Translations under genes and position numbers: made by a program
Shown here: positions 23,021 through 32,283 of the stretch, one piece after another
How the letters are laid out: the number at the start of each line of letters is the position of its first letter
Numbering within the stretch: the first letter of the stretch is position 1
Notes under the pieces: generated by a model
The model's input: only the letters and a program-made list of their open reading frames with translations
Databases searched by the model: none
What the model was told of the DNA's origin: nothing
From: Deferrisomatales bacterium
GTDB taxonomy: Bacteria > Desulfobacterota > Deferrisomatia > Deferrisomatales > JACRMM01
Direction: 5' to 3'
DNA: 64,000 nucleotides
Assembly (NCBI GenBank): GCA_033551855.1
Contig: JAWSUI010000001.1
Coordinates: 96,001-160,000 of the forward strand

Positions 23021-24376
23021 TCAGCCCCCTCCGGGGCGGAAGAATACAGGGGACCAGGCAGGCTGCGACGCTTTCTCCCCCCTGGGGCTCACACGGCGGA
23101 ACTCCTGGCCCCCGACCCGGAAAACGTACACCGCGCTGTCGCCCTCCCTCGCCGAGGTGACCGCGAGAAAGCGGCCGTCCGGGGACCAGGTGGGATCGAG
23201 GGTGTCGTAGGGTCCGAAGGTGAGCTGGCGCACCTGGCGGCCCTGGGGGTCCACCATGTACACCTGGAAAGCCCCCCGCTCGTCTTTGCCGGTGAAGGCG
23301 ATCCAATCTCCCCGGGGGGACCAGTCCGGGTCTCCGTTGTGGGTCCCCGCGACCGTGAGCCGGCGCACGTCGCGCCCATCACGGTCCATGGTGAAGATGT
23401 GGGGGTTGCCGAGTCGGTCCGAGACGAAGGCGATGCGCTTTCCGTCCGGAGACCAGGTGGGTGCGACGTCGATGGCGCGGTCCCGGGTGAGTCGGACCAC
23501 CTCCCGCGTCGCCTTGTTCATCCGGTAGATCTCGGGGTTTCCCTCTTCCGAGAGGACGAGCAGCAGTTCCTTGCCGTCCGGAGAGTCGCGTCCCCCCAAG
23601 TCGAGACCCCTGCGCTGGGAGACGGCCCAGTGTCTCGAAGTGGTCAGGTCCAGGAGGTAGAGGTCGGGATCGCCCTGCTGGTATCCGGTGTAGTACAGAT
23701 ACCTCCCGTCGCGCGACCACGCGGGGTTGAGGGTGAGCGAGCCCATGTTGGTGAGCCGGCGCGCGGCGGCTCCGTCCATGTCCGCGACGGCGAGCTCCTT
23801 GCCCTGCCCCTGTTGGACCACGTACGCGATCTGGGTCCCGAAGGGGCCCGGGGAGCCCGTGAACTCCTCCAAGACCGTATTGGCGAACATGTGGGCCACG
23901 GTGCGGGCGGCTCCCAACGGGGCCGAGTACTGTCGGCCAAACAGGGTCTGGCGACGCAGCACGTCATGGGCCCACAGCTCCACCGAAAGGGCCTCGCCGC
24001 TCCGGAAGATCCTGCCCTTGACGAGAACCTCCGCGCCGATGGCGAACCAGTCGGCATAGGCTGCGGGGGTGGGCTGCAGCGGGGCCTGGGGATCCTCGAG
24101 GTAGCCCCGGGGGTCGAGAACCTCGAAGAGCTCGGTGCTCGTCAGATTGGCCCGCAGCACCCGGGCGATCTCCGTGAGGGCTTCCCCCACGTCCCCCCCT
24201 TCGTGTCGCAGGGTCGGTGCCGCCAGGGGGATCCGCCGCAGGGTCGGGGCGTTGATGTCGATGTAGACCTTGGCCTGGGCGGGAAGCGCGCAGGCCACTG
24301 CCACGAGCGCTGCCGCCCACGACTTGGGACTCCACCAACGAGCAAGGTGAGGGGCGAACCATTGGGTGCGGGTCAA
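23021..24376 (-). CDS. tolB: Tol-Pal beta-propeller protein TolB
   Basis: Signal peptide and repeated PxWSPDG motifs; precedes pal. Confidence 0.94.
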   Translation of the reverse strand: MTRTQWFAPHLARWWSPKSWAAALVAVACALPAQAKVYIDINAPTLRRIPLAAPTLRHEGGDVGEALTEIARVLRANLTSTELFEVLDPRGYLEDPQAPLQPTPAAYADWFAIGAEVLVKGRIFRSGEALSVELWAHDVLRRQTLFGRQYSAPLGAARTVAHMFANTVLEEFTGSPGPFGTQIAYVVQQGQGKELAVADMDGAAARRLTNMGSLTLNPAWSRDGRYLYYTGYQQGDPDLYLLDLTTSRHWAVSQRRGLDLGGRDSPDGKELLLVLSEEGNPEIYRMNKATREVVRLTRDRAIDVAPTWSPDGKRIAFVSDRLGNPHIFTMDRDGRDVRRLTVAGTHNGDPDWSPRGDWIAFTGKDERGAFQVYMVDPQGRQVRQLTFGPYDTLDPTWSPDGRFLAVTSAREGDSAVYVFRVGGQEFRRVSPRGEKASQPAWSPVFFRPGGG

Positions 24377-24430
24377 AGCGGAGCCGATCCCTTAACACCG
24401 CGAAACGCGGAGGTTTATCGCGAAGGCTTC

Positions 24431-24459
24431 ACGATAGTATAGGGGGGTGCCCAAGTCAA
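24431..24459 (-). promoter_or_regulatory. Putative sigma70 promoter for tolB-pal-cpoB
   Basis: TTGACT-17 bp-TATCGT on the minus strand. Confidence 0.55.
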
Positions 24460-24475
24460 GGACGACCGGATGTCC

Positions 24476-24965
24476 GTGATGCACCGCCTGGCACGTGCCC
24501 GGGGAGCCCCTCCGCTCCGCCCTGCACTCCGCGGCCATGCGAAGGGCTGTTCCCGCAGGCCCCGGTGGGCCGGGCTTCCCTCGTGTGCGCCGGACCGGGC
24601 GGGTCGGCAGGGGCGGTGCGGGGCTGCGCTCCAACGCTCCCCGGCCCAGCCGGAGGATTTGGGTTCTTCCGGTAAACGACCGGGTGGGCCCGCCCACTCC
24701 GGCAGACGAGGCCGGGCCGCACGGTAGGTGTTCTCCCCCGGCGCATCCGGAATCCTGGCGGAATCGCGACTCCCGAAGGGGCTGCTCACGTCGAGCGGCC
24801 GTCCGCCCACGTGGTCGGGCCCACCCGATCGTCCCTGGACACGAGCACCGGGTCGTTCCCCGGATGATCCAGAATTTGATGGCGGATTCCGGGATGCCCA
24901 GGTTCCCGCGTCTCGGAGAAGAACGGGATCGGGGAGCCCTTGGGTTTCGCCGCGCCATCCGAGTC
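24476..24965. repeat. Repeat family 2, copy 2 (interrupted by MITE copy B), plus a partial tandem copy at about 24901-24965
   Basis: Aligns to 21234-21440 on both sides of the MITE (TGGCGGATTCCGG vs TGGTGGATTCTGG). Confidence 0.6.
24662..24870 (+). mobile_element. 209-bp MITE, family 1, copy B
   Basis: TIRs; 8-bp TSD AGGATTTG/AGAATTTG. Confidence 0.9.
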
Positions 24966-24982
24966 GGCACTGTGCCCGCCCC

Positions 24983-26194
24983 TCAGCCCGCCTCCTCGGC
25001 GACGGCCCGGCCGAAGGCGGACGTGGTCAGGACCCGGACCCCTTCGGAGCCGGATGCCAGGTCGGGGGTGACGCGCCCGGAGGCGAGGACGCGAGCCACG
25101 GCCTGCTCCAGGCGGGCGGCCGCCTCCGCGAGGCCGACGTGGCGGAGCAGCATCGCGCCGGAGAGGATGAGGCTACCGGGGTTGGCCATCTCCTGGCCGG
25201 CGATGTCGGGCGCAGTACCATGGGTGGCCTCGAAGACCGCGTACTCGTCGCCGATGTTGGCCCCGGGCGCCAGGCCGAGGCCCCCGACCTGGGCTGCTGC
25301 GGCGTCGGAGATGTAATCGCCGTTGAGGTTCGAAAGGGCGAGGACGTCATAGCGCTCGGGCCGGAGGAGCAGCTCCTGGAACATGGCGTCCGCAATCCGG
25401 TCGTTGACGAGGATCGTCCTCGGGGGGAGGACGCCGGCGAGCCGGTCGTCACGCGGGCCCGAGCGGAGCTCGGCCTCGGTCACGGTCTGCTCGGCGAACT
25501 CGTGGGCGGCGACCTCGTACCCCCACTCCCGGAACGCCCCCTCCGTGTACTTCATGATGTTGCCCTTGTGCACGAGGGTGACCGACCGGCGACCGTTTTC
25601 GAGGGCGTAGCGCAGGGCTCGGCGGACGAGCCGCTTGGACCCGCGCACGCTCATGGGCTTGATCCCGATCCCCGAGTCCTCGGGGATCGGGGCCCCCATC
25701 TCCTCTGCCAGGAAGCGGATCACCTTGAGGGCCTCTGGGGTGCCTTCCCGCCACTCGATGCCCGAGTACACGTCCTCGGTGTTTTCCCGGAAGATGATCA
25801 CGTCGAGGCGCTCCGGGTGGGTCACCGGCGACGGCACCCCTGCGAAGGAGCGCACCGGGCGGACGCACGCATACAGGTCCAGGGTCTGGCGCAGGGCCAC
25901 GTTCAGGCTCCGGATGCCTCCACCGACGGGGGTTTCCAGGGGGCCCTTGAGGGCCACCCGGACGGACCGGATCGCTTCCAGGGTCTCGGGGGGCAGGGGG
26001 GAGCCGGTGCGCGCGTAGGCCGCTTTCCCGGCGAGAGCCTCCCGCCAGGAGAGGGTCGTGGAGCCCCGGTAGGCGCCCTTCACCGCCGCATCGACGGCTT
26101 CCACGGCGGCCGGAGCGACCTCGGGGCCGATACCGTCGCCCTGGATGAGGATCACGGGAACGGTGACGGGCGCGGTGGGCGAGGGTTCTGTCAT
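24983..26194 (-). CDS. icd: NADP-dependent isocitrate dehydrogenase
   Basis: GDGIGPE, TPVGGGIRSLNV, VHKGNIMKYTEG, NLNGDYISD, EATHGTAP. Confidence 0.95.
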   Translation of the reverse strand: MTEPSPTAPVTVPVILIQGDGIGPEVAPAAVEAVDAAVKGAYRGSTTLSWREALAGKAAYARTGSPLPPETLEAIRSVRVALKGPLETPVGGGIRSLNVALRQTLDLYACVRPVRSFAGVPSPVTHPERLDVIIFRENTEDVYSGIEWREGTPEALKVIRFLAEEMGAPIPEDSGIGIKPMSVRGSKRLVRRALRYALENGRRSVTLVHKGNIMKYTEGAFREWGYEVAAHEFAEQTVTEAELRSGPRDDRLAGVLPPRTILVNDRIADAMFQELLLRPERYDVLALSNLNGDYISDAAAAQVGGLGLAPGANIGDEYAVFEATHGTAPDIAGQEMANPGSLILSGAMLLRHVGLAEAAARLEQAVARVLASGRVTPDLASGSEGVRVLTTSAFGRAVAEEAG

Positions 26195-26209
26195 GGGGGG
26201 ATCCTCCCT

Positions 26210-27406
26210 TCAGGGGGTGTTGCGCTCCCCCAATGGCACCCATGCGCACCCCTGGGGTCCGCAGTAGTCGCCCACGTACACGGCCTCGGGCCGGTACAGC
26301 TCGGGCTTCTCCTGGGCCTCGGCGAATTTCTCCTCGATCACGTGGGCGCACCAGCCGGCGACGCGCCCCAGGGCGAAAACGGGGGTGAAGAGGTCGGTGT
26401 CGATGCCGAGCTGGAAGTAGGTGGCCGCCGAGTAGAAGTCGACGTTGGGGTAGATCTCCAGGCCCTTGCGGGCGCGGAACTCCTGTTGGGTCGCCTCGCG
26501 CACCGCCTCGGCGATGTCGATCCAGAAGCTCTGGCCGGTCTGTTTCCCGAGCTCCAGGGCGAGCTCCATCAGGATGGGGGCCCGGGGGTCCAGGGTCTTG
26601 TACACGGCGTGCCCCATGCCCATGACCTTCTTGCCGGCGTCGAGCTTCGCCCGCACGTAGGCCGCCGCCTTGTCCGGGGTGCCGATCTCCTGGAGCATCC
26701 GCATGACCTGCTCGTTGGCCCCCCCGTGGAGCTCCCCCGAGAGGGCCCCCACTGCCGCCGCCACCGAGGCGTACAGGTGTGCGTGGGTGCTCGCCACCTC
26801 CCGAGCCGCGAAGGTCGAGGCGTTGAAGGTGTGGTCGGCGTGCAAGGTGAGGCACACGTCCACGATGTGGGACTCCTGCTTCAGGGGTTCATCTCCCTTG
26901 AGGAGGTACAGGAAGTGGGCGGCGTGGGAGAGATCCTGCCGGGGCTCCAAGGGCGCCTTGCCCTCCCGGAGGCGCTTCCAGGCTGCGACCACGGCCGGAA
27001 GGCGTGCCGTCAAGCGCTCGGCCTGGCGCTTCACCGCGTCCTTGGACGTGTCCTTGAGCTCCGGATCGTGGTCGGCGAGGAACGTCACCGCGCCTTGGAG
27101 GACGTCCATCGGAACCGCGGTCTTGGGCCGAAGGGCCATCGCCTCGGCGACCGCGGCCGGCAGGGCGCGGCTCGCCCGGAGGCGGGCGTCGAAGGCCGCG
27201 AGCTCCTCCCGGGTCGGGAGGGCTCCGTGGATCAGGAGGTGGGCGACCTCTTCGTAGGTGGAATACCGGGCCAGATCCTGGATGAGGAAACCCCGATACT
27301 GGAGCTCGCCCTTGACGCCGTCGATGTAGCTGACCTTCGTGTCGGCCACGGGGATGCCCCGCAGGCCGGTGTTCTTCACCCGGGGAAAGCACACCTGTTC
27401 GTCCAT
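26210..27406 (-). CDS. gltA: Citrate synthase
   Basis: HADHTFNAST, LHGGAN, GMGHAVYK..DPR, PNVDFYS; RBS GAGGAG. Confidence 0.93.
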   Translation of the reverse strand: MDEQVCFPRVKNTGLRGIPVADTKVSYIDGVKGELQYRGFLIQDLARYSTYEEVAHLLIHGALPTREELAAFDARLRASRALPAAVAEAMALRPKTAVPMDVLQGAVTFLADHDPELKDTSKDAVKRQAERLTARLPAVVAAWKRLREGKAPLEPRQDLSHAAHFLYLLKGDEPLKQESHIVDVCLTLHADHTFNASTFAAREVASTHAHLYASVAAAVGALSGELHGGANEQVMRMLQEIGTPDKAAAYVRAKLDAGKKVMGMGHAVYKTLDPRAPILMELALELGKQTGQSFWIDIAEAVREATQQEFRARKGLEIYPNVDFYSAATYFQLGIDTDLFTPVFALGRVAGWCAHVIEEKFAEAQEKPELYRPEAVYVGDYCGPQGCAWVPLGERNTP

Positions 27407-27689
27407 CTCGGCCTCTCCTCTTGCGGTGGTGCCGGGTCTCGGCGGCTGGATGGGAGCCGGCCCTCGTCCCCGTGCTGGCACCGTTGCGGGTACGGGGTGG
27501 ATGCCCGTGTCCCGCCTCTCTCTTTGCCGCTACTGGGTCCGTCCACCCCCTGCCCCCGCCGCACGGTGTTGTTCGGCGGTCGCCTCTGCTCCGGTCTCGC
27601 CCTGCCCTCGCCTTGGGTGACGGTTGCAAGGCGGCATCGGCATGGCAGCGAATCCCTGGCGCAAAACAGTAGCGGAGGCCCCGCCGCTG

Positions 27690-28319
27690 TCAAACCCCCG
27701 TGCTCGCCGCTCTTCGTTTGCGACGCCGGTGCCGCGCCACGTAGAAGGCGAGGAGGGCGGCGCAGAAGACCAGCAGGGCCAGGGTGGCCTCGCGAGAGTA
27801 GGCTCGGATGAGCTCCTCGTTGCCGGCGGCCACGTACCCGACGGCGGCGAGGATCGCTACCCAGATTCCGGCACCCAGGCCCGTGTAAAAGAGGAACCGC
27901 CCGAGGGGCATCCGCGCCAGGCCGGCGGGAAAGGAGATGTACTGTCGGACGACGGTGATCAGTCGACCGATGAAGGTGCTGATCTCCCCGTGGTCGCGAA
28001 AGAATGCCTCCACCCTGTGGAGCTTCTCCAGGGGAAGGAAGAGGAAGCGGCCGTAACGCTCCAGGAAGGGCCGCCCCAGCCACACCGCGAGGCCGTAGTT
28101 CACCAGGGCCCCGGCCATGGAGCCGGCGGTGCCGGCGGCGACGGCGGCCCAGAGGTTCATCTCCCCGCGGTGGGCAAGGTACCCGGCGGGGATCATGACG
28201 ACCTCGCTGGGGAAGGGAAAGAACGAGCTCTCGAGGGCCATGAGCAGGAACACCCCGGGGTACCCGAGGTGTCCCACGGTCTCGATGATCCATGTGATCA
28301 GTTCCCCGAGCAGGTGCAT
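27690..28319 (-). CDS. DedA family protein
   Basis: LESSFFPFPSEVV, GRLITVVRQYISFPAG. Confidence 0.92.
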   Translation of the reverse strand: MHLLGELITWIIETVGHLGYPGVFLLMALESSFFPFPSEVVMIPAGYLAHRGEMNLWAAVAAGTAGSMAGALVNYGLAVWLGRPFLERYGRFLFLPLEKLHRVEAFFRDHGEISTFIGRLITVVRQYISFPAGLARMPLGRFLFYTGLGAGIWVAILAAVGYVAAGNEELIRAYSREATLALLVFCAALLAFYVARHRRRKRRAASTGV

Positions 28320-28404
28320 CGGCAGCCTGGGAAGGAGAGGCGGGACAGGGGGAGGATACCCGAAGGTGCGGCTCGGGCGCGAGCCCGAGCCGCACGCGCG
28401 GAGA

Positions 28405-29595
28405 TCAGGTGAAGCGCTCTCCTTCGGAAGGGGTGAGCAGGCCGGGGAGCAGGGAAGCCCCCAGGGCGAGGGCGCCGAAGACCGTCACGCCGTGGGCGAA
28501 AGAGGCGAGCTCCCCGAACCAGGATATGGCCGCCGGCACCGCCCCTCCCCCCAGCAAGAAGGCCAGGGGGACGGTTAGGGATACGGCGACGTTTCGCACC
28601 TCCGGGGTACCCAGCTGGGAGAGCGCCGCAAAGGCTGGAGGGAAGAAGCACACCGCGACCAAAGGCTGGAGGAGCACGGCCCCGGCCACCCAGGCTCCGG
28701 GGAGGACGCCCAAGAGCACGGTGAAGGCCCCGGTCGCGAGGAACACGCCCTGAAGGGCCCTGCGGGGCCCGAGTCGATCCGCTGCCCACCCCGCCCCAAA
28801 GGCGGCCACGAGCCCGGACAGACGGGACACCGCGACGAGGACGTTCACCCACTCGCGCTCCATGCCCCTCTCGGTCACGAGGTACAGGGGAAGGACCGCG
28901 TACACCCCCAAGCTCCCTCCAATGCCGAGGGTGAACAAGGCGACGAGCAGCCAGAACGATCGGGACCGGATCAGGAGCCCCAAGGTCCGCGGGCTGGGGA
29001 CCTCCCCGCGAAACTCGCCACCCCGGCCGCGCCCCAGGAAGGCCAGGGCGGCGAGCAGGGAGGCGGCGCCCAGGAGTCCCGGGGCTGCCTGCCAGGGGAA
29101 CCGGGCCAGGAAGGCCTCGGCCAGGAGCGGTGCGGCCACGAATGCCAGATTGGGGGCCATCTCGTGGACGGCCAAGGCCCGACCCCGCACGGTCGGGGCC
29201 ACCAGGGAAGAGAGGGTGGCGATGCCCGAGGGGAGGTACAGGCCGGCACCCGCCCCGAGGGCGAGCAGGCCCGCCCGGATGCCGTTCAGGTCCTCTGCCA
29301 CGGAGATGGCCACCAGTGCGGCGCCGGTGCAGGCGGCCGACGCGACCACGGTCCGGCGATGGTCGAGCCGGGAGGAAATCAGCCCGGATCCCAGAAGCCC
29401 CGCGCAGTATCCGGCCGAGACGAAGAGGAAGAGGCCCCCGGCCTGGGCGGGGGCGATGCCCAGGTCATCGACGATCGCCGGAAGCAGGGGTGCGAAGATG
29501 ACCCGGCCGACGAAGTTCAGGAAAAACATCGCCGTGAGGGCCAGCAGGGGCCCCAGGGGGATGGGTCTGGGCCCCTGGAGGACGGGGCCGGTCAC
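28405..29595 (-). CDS. MFS transporter
   Basis: About 12 TM segments; GTG start overlaps the upstream stop. Confidence 0.88.
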   Translation of the reverse strand: MTGPVLQGPRPIPLGPLLALTAMFFLNFVGRVIFAPLLPAIVDDLGIAPAQAGGLFLFVSAGYCAGLLGSGLISSRLDHRRTVVASAACTGAALVAISVAEDLNGIRAGLLALGAGAGLYLPSGIATLSSLVAPTVRGRALAVHEMAPNLAFVAAPLLAEAFLARFPWQAAPGLLGAASLLAALAFLGRGRGGEFRGEVPSPRTLGLLIRSRSFWLLVALFTLGIGGSLGVYAVLPLYLVTERGMEREWVNVLVAVSRLSGLVAAFGAGWAADRLGPRRALQGVFLATGAFTVLLGVLPGAWVAGAVLLQPLVAVCFFPPAFAALSQLGTPEVRNVAVSLTVPLAFLLGGGAVPAAISWFGELASFAHGVTVFGALALGASLLPGLLTPSEGERFT

Positions 29596-30788
29596 ACGAA
29601 GCGTTCCATGAGGGAGCGGATCCCGTCCTCGACCCCTCCCGGCCCGTAGGCGCGGGTGAGCTCGGCCAGCACCGCCTCCGCGCGGGCGCGCAGCCCAGGG
29701 CGCTCCAGGTCTCGCAGCCCTTCCAGGAGGCCGGCCCGACGGCCGGCCTGGTAGAGGCGCTGCTCGCCGGGGTCGAGGGAGAGGAAGGCGTCGCATTGGG
29801 CCAGCAGCGGCCCCCGGTCGTCCGGAAGCTGCCCCTCCAGGTCGCCCAGGAGATTCAGGATGTGGTCGCTGGCGACCCGGGAGTGAATTCCCTCCAGACC
29901 CGCCAGGAAGTCCCGGATCTCGGAGAGGACCTCGACGTCGGTCTGGCGGGACAGCGGGGCGTCGGGCCCGTGGAAGAGGGCCCACAGGGGGAGCTTGGGG
30001 CCGAGGCACAGGGTCCGGAAGCGGATGAAGTGAGGGTCGATGGCGTTGAGGACTCGCGCCGTGTCCCTCGCGTGTCCTTCGCTCATCTCGCACCCCCCCA
30101 GCCCCGGCATCACGTACTCCGAGAGCTCCAGACCCGCCTCCACCACCCGGCGCCCGGCCCGGATGTGAAGCTCCGCCGTCGCCCCCTTGGAGATCAGGCG
30201 AAGGAGCGGGTCGTGACCGCTCTCCATGCCGATGTGGATGCGCGTGAGCCCGTGCTCGCCGTAGGAGCGCAGGTCCTCCACGGAGAGGCGGGCCACGGTG
30301 CGGGAACGGGCGTAGGTCGTGATCCTTTCGATCTCGGGGAAGCGGTTGCGGAAGTAGGCGAGCACCCGCCGCACCTGGGCAGGCTTCATGATGAGGGAGT
30401 CCGCGTCCTGAAGGAACGCCGTGCGGCCCCCGTGGGCCAGAGCATTGGCGACGCCGTACTCGGCATCGGTGCGCACGGGGCCGAGGCGCACGGCCCGGCG
30501 AGGCCCGCCGTCGGCTCCGGTCCCCTGGAGGCCGTCCCGGATTCGAGCCATGGCGTCGATGTCGGCCTCGATCTCCTCCGGGGTGCGCAGGCTGAAACGC
30601 CCGCGCTTGTAGGTGCGACAGAAGGCGCACCGGTTCCAGGGGCAGTTGCGGGTGAGGCGCAGGAGGTAGCTGCCTGCCTCGCTGGGTGGGCGGATGGGGC
30701 CGACTTCGAAGCTGTCCGTTGTCCGTTGCCCGTTGTCCGCGGGAGCTGCAGGGTCGGTGGTGGAGCCGTGCGGGTTGTCCTTGGTCAT
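29592..30788 (-). CDS. Radical SAM protein
   Basis: IRPPSEA, CPWNRCAFC, IGMESG; start uncertain. Confidence 0.88.
   Translation of the reverse strand: MTKDNPHGSTTDPAAPADNGQRTTDSFEVGPIRPPSEAGSYLLRLTRNCPWNRCAFCRTYKRGRFSLRTPEEIEADIDAMARIRDGLQGTGADGGPRRAVRLGPVRTDAEYGVANALAHGGRTAFLQDADSLIMKPAQVRRVLAYFRNRFPEIERITTYARSRTVARLSVEDLRSYGEHGLTRIHIGMESGHDPLLRLISKGATAELHIRAGRRVVEAGLELSEYVMPGLGGCEMSEGHARDTARVLNAIDPHFIRFRTLCLGPKLPLWALFHGPDAPLSRQTDVEVLSEIRDFLAGLEGIHSRVASDHILNLLGDLEGQLPDDRGPLLAQCDAFLSLDPGEQRLYQAGRRAGLLEGLRDLERPGLRARAEAVLAELTRAYGPGGVEDGIRSLMERFV
30713..30739. repeat. Heptamer array (GTCCGTT)n, downstream arm of the four-helix-bundle cassette
   Basis: TGTCCGTTGTCCGTTGCCCGTTGTCCG. Confidence 0.75.
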
Positions 30789-31390
30789 GGGGTCAGTGGG
30801 TCTCCTTGGAGGGGCTGGCGCCCGACGGAACGGGGGTACGCGTTGCGGCGCGGCGCAAGCTCGTCGACCAGGGTTCTTGGGGTCCTTACGTCTTCTTCCG
30901 TGAGCAGCCCCGGGCGTAAGCCCTGCGGAGTCATTGCTGGGCCTCGTGGAGGGAGCCGCGGGCGGTACGCACAAAGCGGCGACGGTCCCGACAGCTGCCG
31001 CGTCCCGAGCCCTCGGCGATGTTTGCTCCGACGGAGTCTGCCGATCGCACCAACTGCCGCCCGACCGTCTCCTGGGAAAACGAATCCCAGCACGCGACTA
31101 CGTGCCAGATCCCATCTGCGAGTTGCTCCGAGAGCCGATACACGTCCAGTTGCTCGAAATTGCGGTTCTTCCGGTGAACGACCGGGTGGGCCCGCCCACT
31201 CCGGCAGACGATGCCGGGCTGCACGGTGGGAGCGCTCCCGCGCCGTATCCGGGATCCTCGCGATCTTGCGGCTCCCGAAGCATTTGCTCCCGTCGAGCGG
31301 CCGTCCGCCTACGTGGTCGGACCCACCCGATCGTCCGTGGACACGAGCACCCGGTCATTTCCCAGATCATCCGAAGTTGCTCTGTCCCAC
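30785..31390 (-). pseudogene. Four-helix bundle protein (TIGR02436/23S-IVP-like), inactivated
   Basis: Reconstructed MGQSNFEQLDVYRLSE...QLVRSADSVGANIAEGSGR...ARGSLHE; MITE inserted at codons 4-6, TGA at 30931, then a frameshift. Confidence 0.85.
31164..31372 (+). mobile_element. 209-bp MITE, family 1, copy C (inside the four-helix bundle gene)
   Basis: TIRs; TSD GAAATTGC/GAAGTTGC; removing the element and one TSD restores the reading frame. Confidence 0.92.
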
Positions 31391-31421
31391 CGCTGCCCCC
31401 GGCAATCCAACGGGCCACGGG

Positions 31422-32207
31422 CTAGGGACGATGGGCCTCTTCTCTAGCAACCAGCGCCGCGCCGAAGGCTCCCAGGAACTGGGGATGGGGGGGAACCTCG
31501 ACCTGGGCGCCGGTCCGTGCGGCCATCAGCTGGGCTACGATGGGGAAGGCACCCACCACCCCTCCGCTCATCACGATGAACGACCCGAGGGGGCCCATCT
31601 CTGCCACCCGGGCGACCACCGAGTTGAAGATCCCCCGGCACAGGTTCTCCGGGCCCTCTCCCTCGCGGATGAGCTTGATCACCTCGGTGGCCGAGAACAC
31701 GGTGCAGAAGGACGAGAGGGTGATGTCCTTCGTGGCGGCCTCGGCGTAGGCCTCGATCCTCTCCAGGGGGAGGTCCAGGCGGTGGGCCACCTCCTCGACG
31801 AAGGCCCCGGTGCCCGCGGCACACTTGCGGTTCATCAGGAAGTTCGAGACCGCGCCGTCCCGCCGAACGTGAATGATCTTGTTGTCCTGCCCACCGATGT
31901 CCACCACGTCCATCTCCCGGGGAAAGTGGTGGAACGCCCCCGCCGCGTGGCAGGAGATCTCTGTGCGCCGGGCATCGGCGAAGGCCACGTTGCGCCGGCC
32001 GTACCCCGTGGTCACGGTGAAGGCGAGCCGGTCCCCCGGCGCCCCGTCGGTATCCAGGGCCTCCTGCCGGAGCTCGGCGGCCACGTCTTCGAAGGAGATG
32101 CCCGTGCGGCGAAGCACCCGTGCACGGACCTGCCCGTCGGCGTCCAGGAGCACCGCCTTGGACCAAGAGGAGCCGAGGTCGATCCCGAGAAAGAAGGGGT
32201 TGCTCAT
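31422..32207 (-). CDS. Acyl-CoA dehydratase activase (HgdC/BadG-like ASKHA ATPase)
   Basis: GIDLGSSWSK, TGYGR, DIGGQD, MNRKCAAGTG, CTVFS. Confidence 0.9.
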   Translation of the reverse strand: MSNPFFLGIDLGSSWSKAVLLDADGQVRARVLRRTGISFEDVAAELRQEALDTDGAPGDRLAFTVTTGYGRRNVAFADARRTEISCHAAGAFHHFPREMDVVDIGGQDNKIIHVRRDGAVSNFLMNRKCAAGTGAFVEEVAHRLDLPLERIEAYAEAATKDITLSSFCTVFSATEVIKLIREGEGPENLCRGIFNSVVARVAEMGPLGSFIVMSGGVVGAFPIVAQLMAARTGAQVEVPPHPQFLGAFGAALVAREEAHRP

Positions 32208-32280
32208 GGTCTGCTGTCCGTTGTCCGTTGGGGCACTCCGCGAGGCTACAGTCTACAACGGACCACGGACGACGGACCAC
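32208..32280. repeat. Inverted heptamer arrays (empty site)
   Basis: GTCCGTTGTCCGTTG ... CAACGGACCACGGACGACGGACC. Confidence 0.75.
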
Positions 32281-32283
32281 ACT

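Noticed and set aside
30931..30933. Selenocysteine read-through of the in-frame TGA (selB is nearby)
   Set aside because: The position corresponds to Trp rather than Cys, and the gene also has a frameshift and a MITE insertion.
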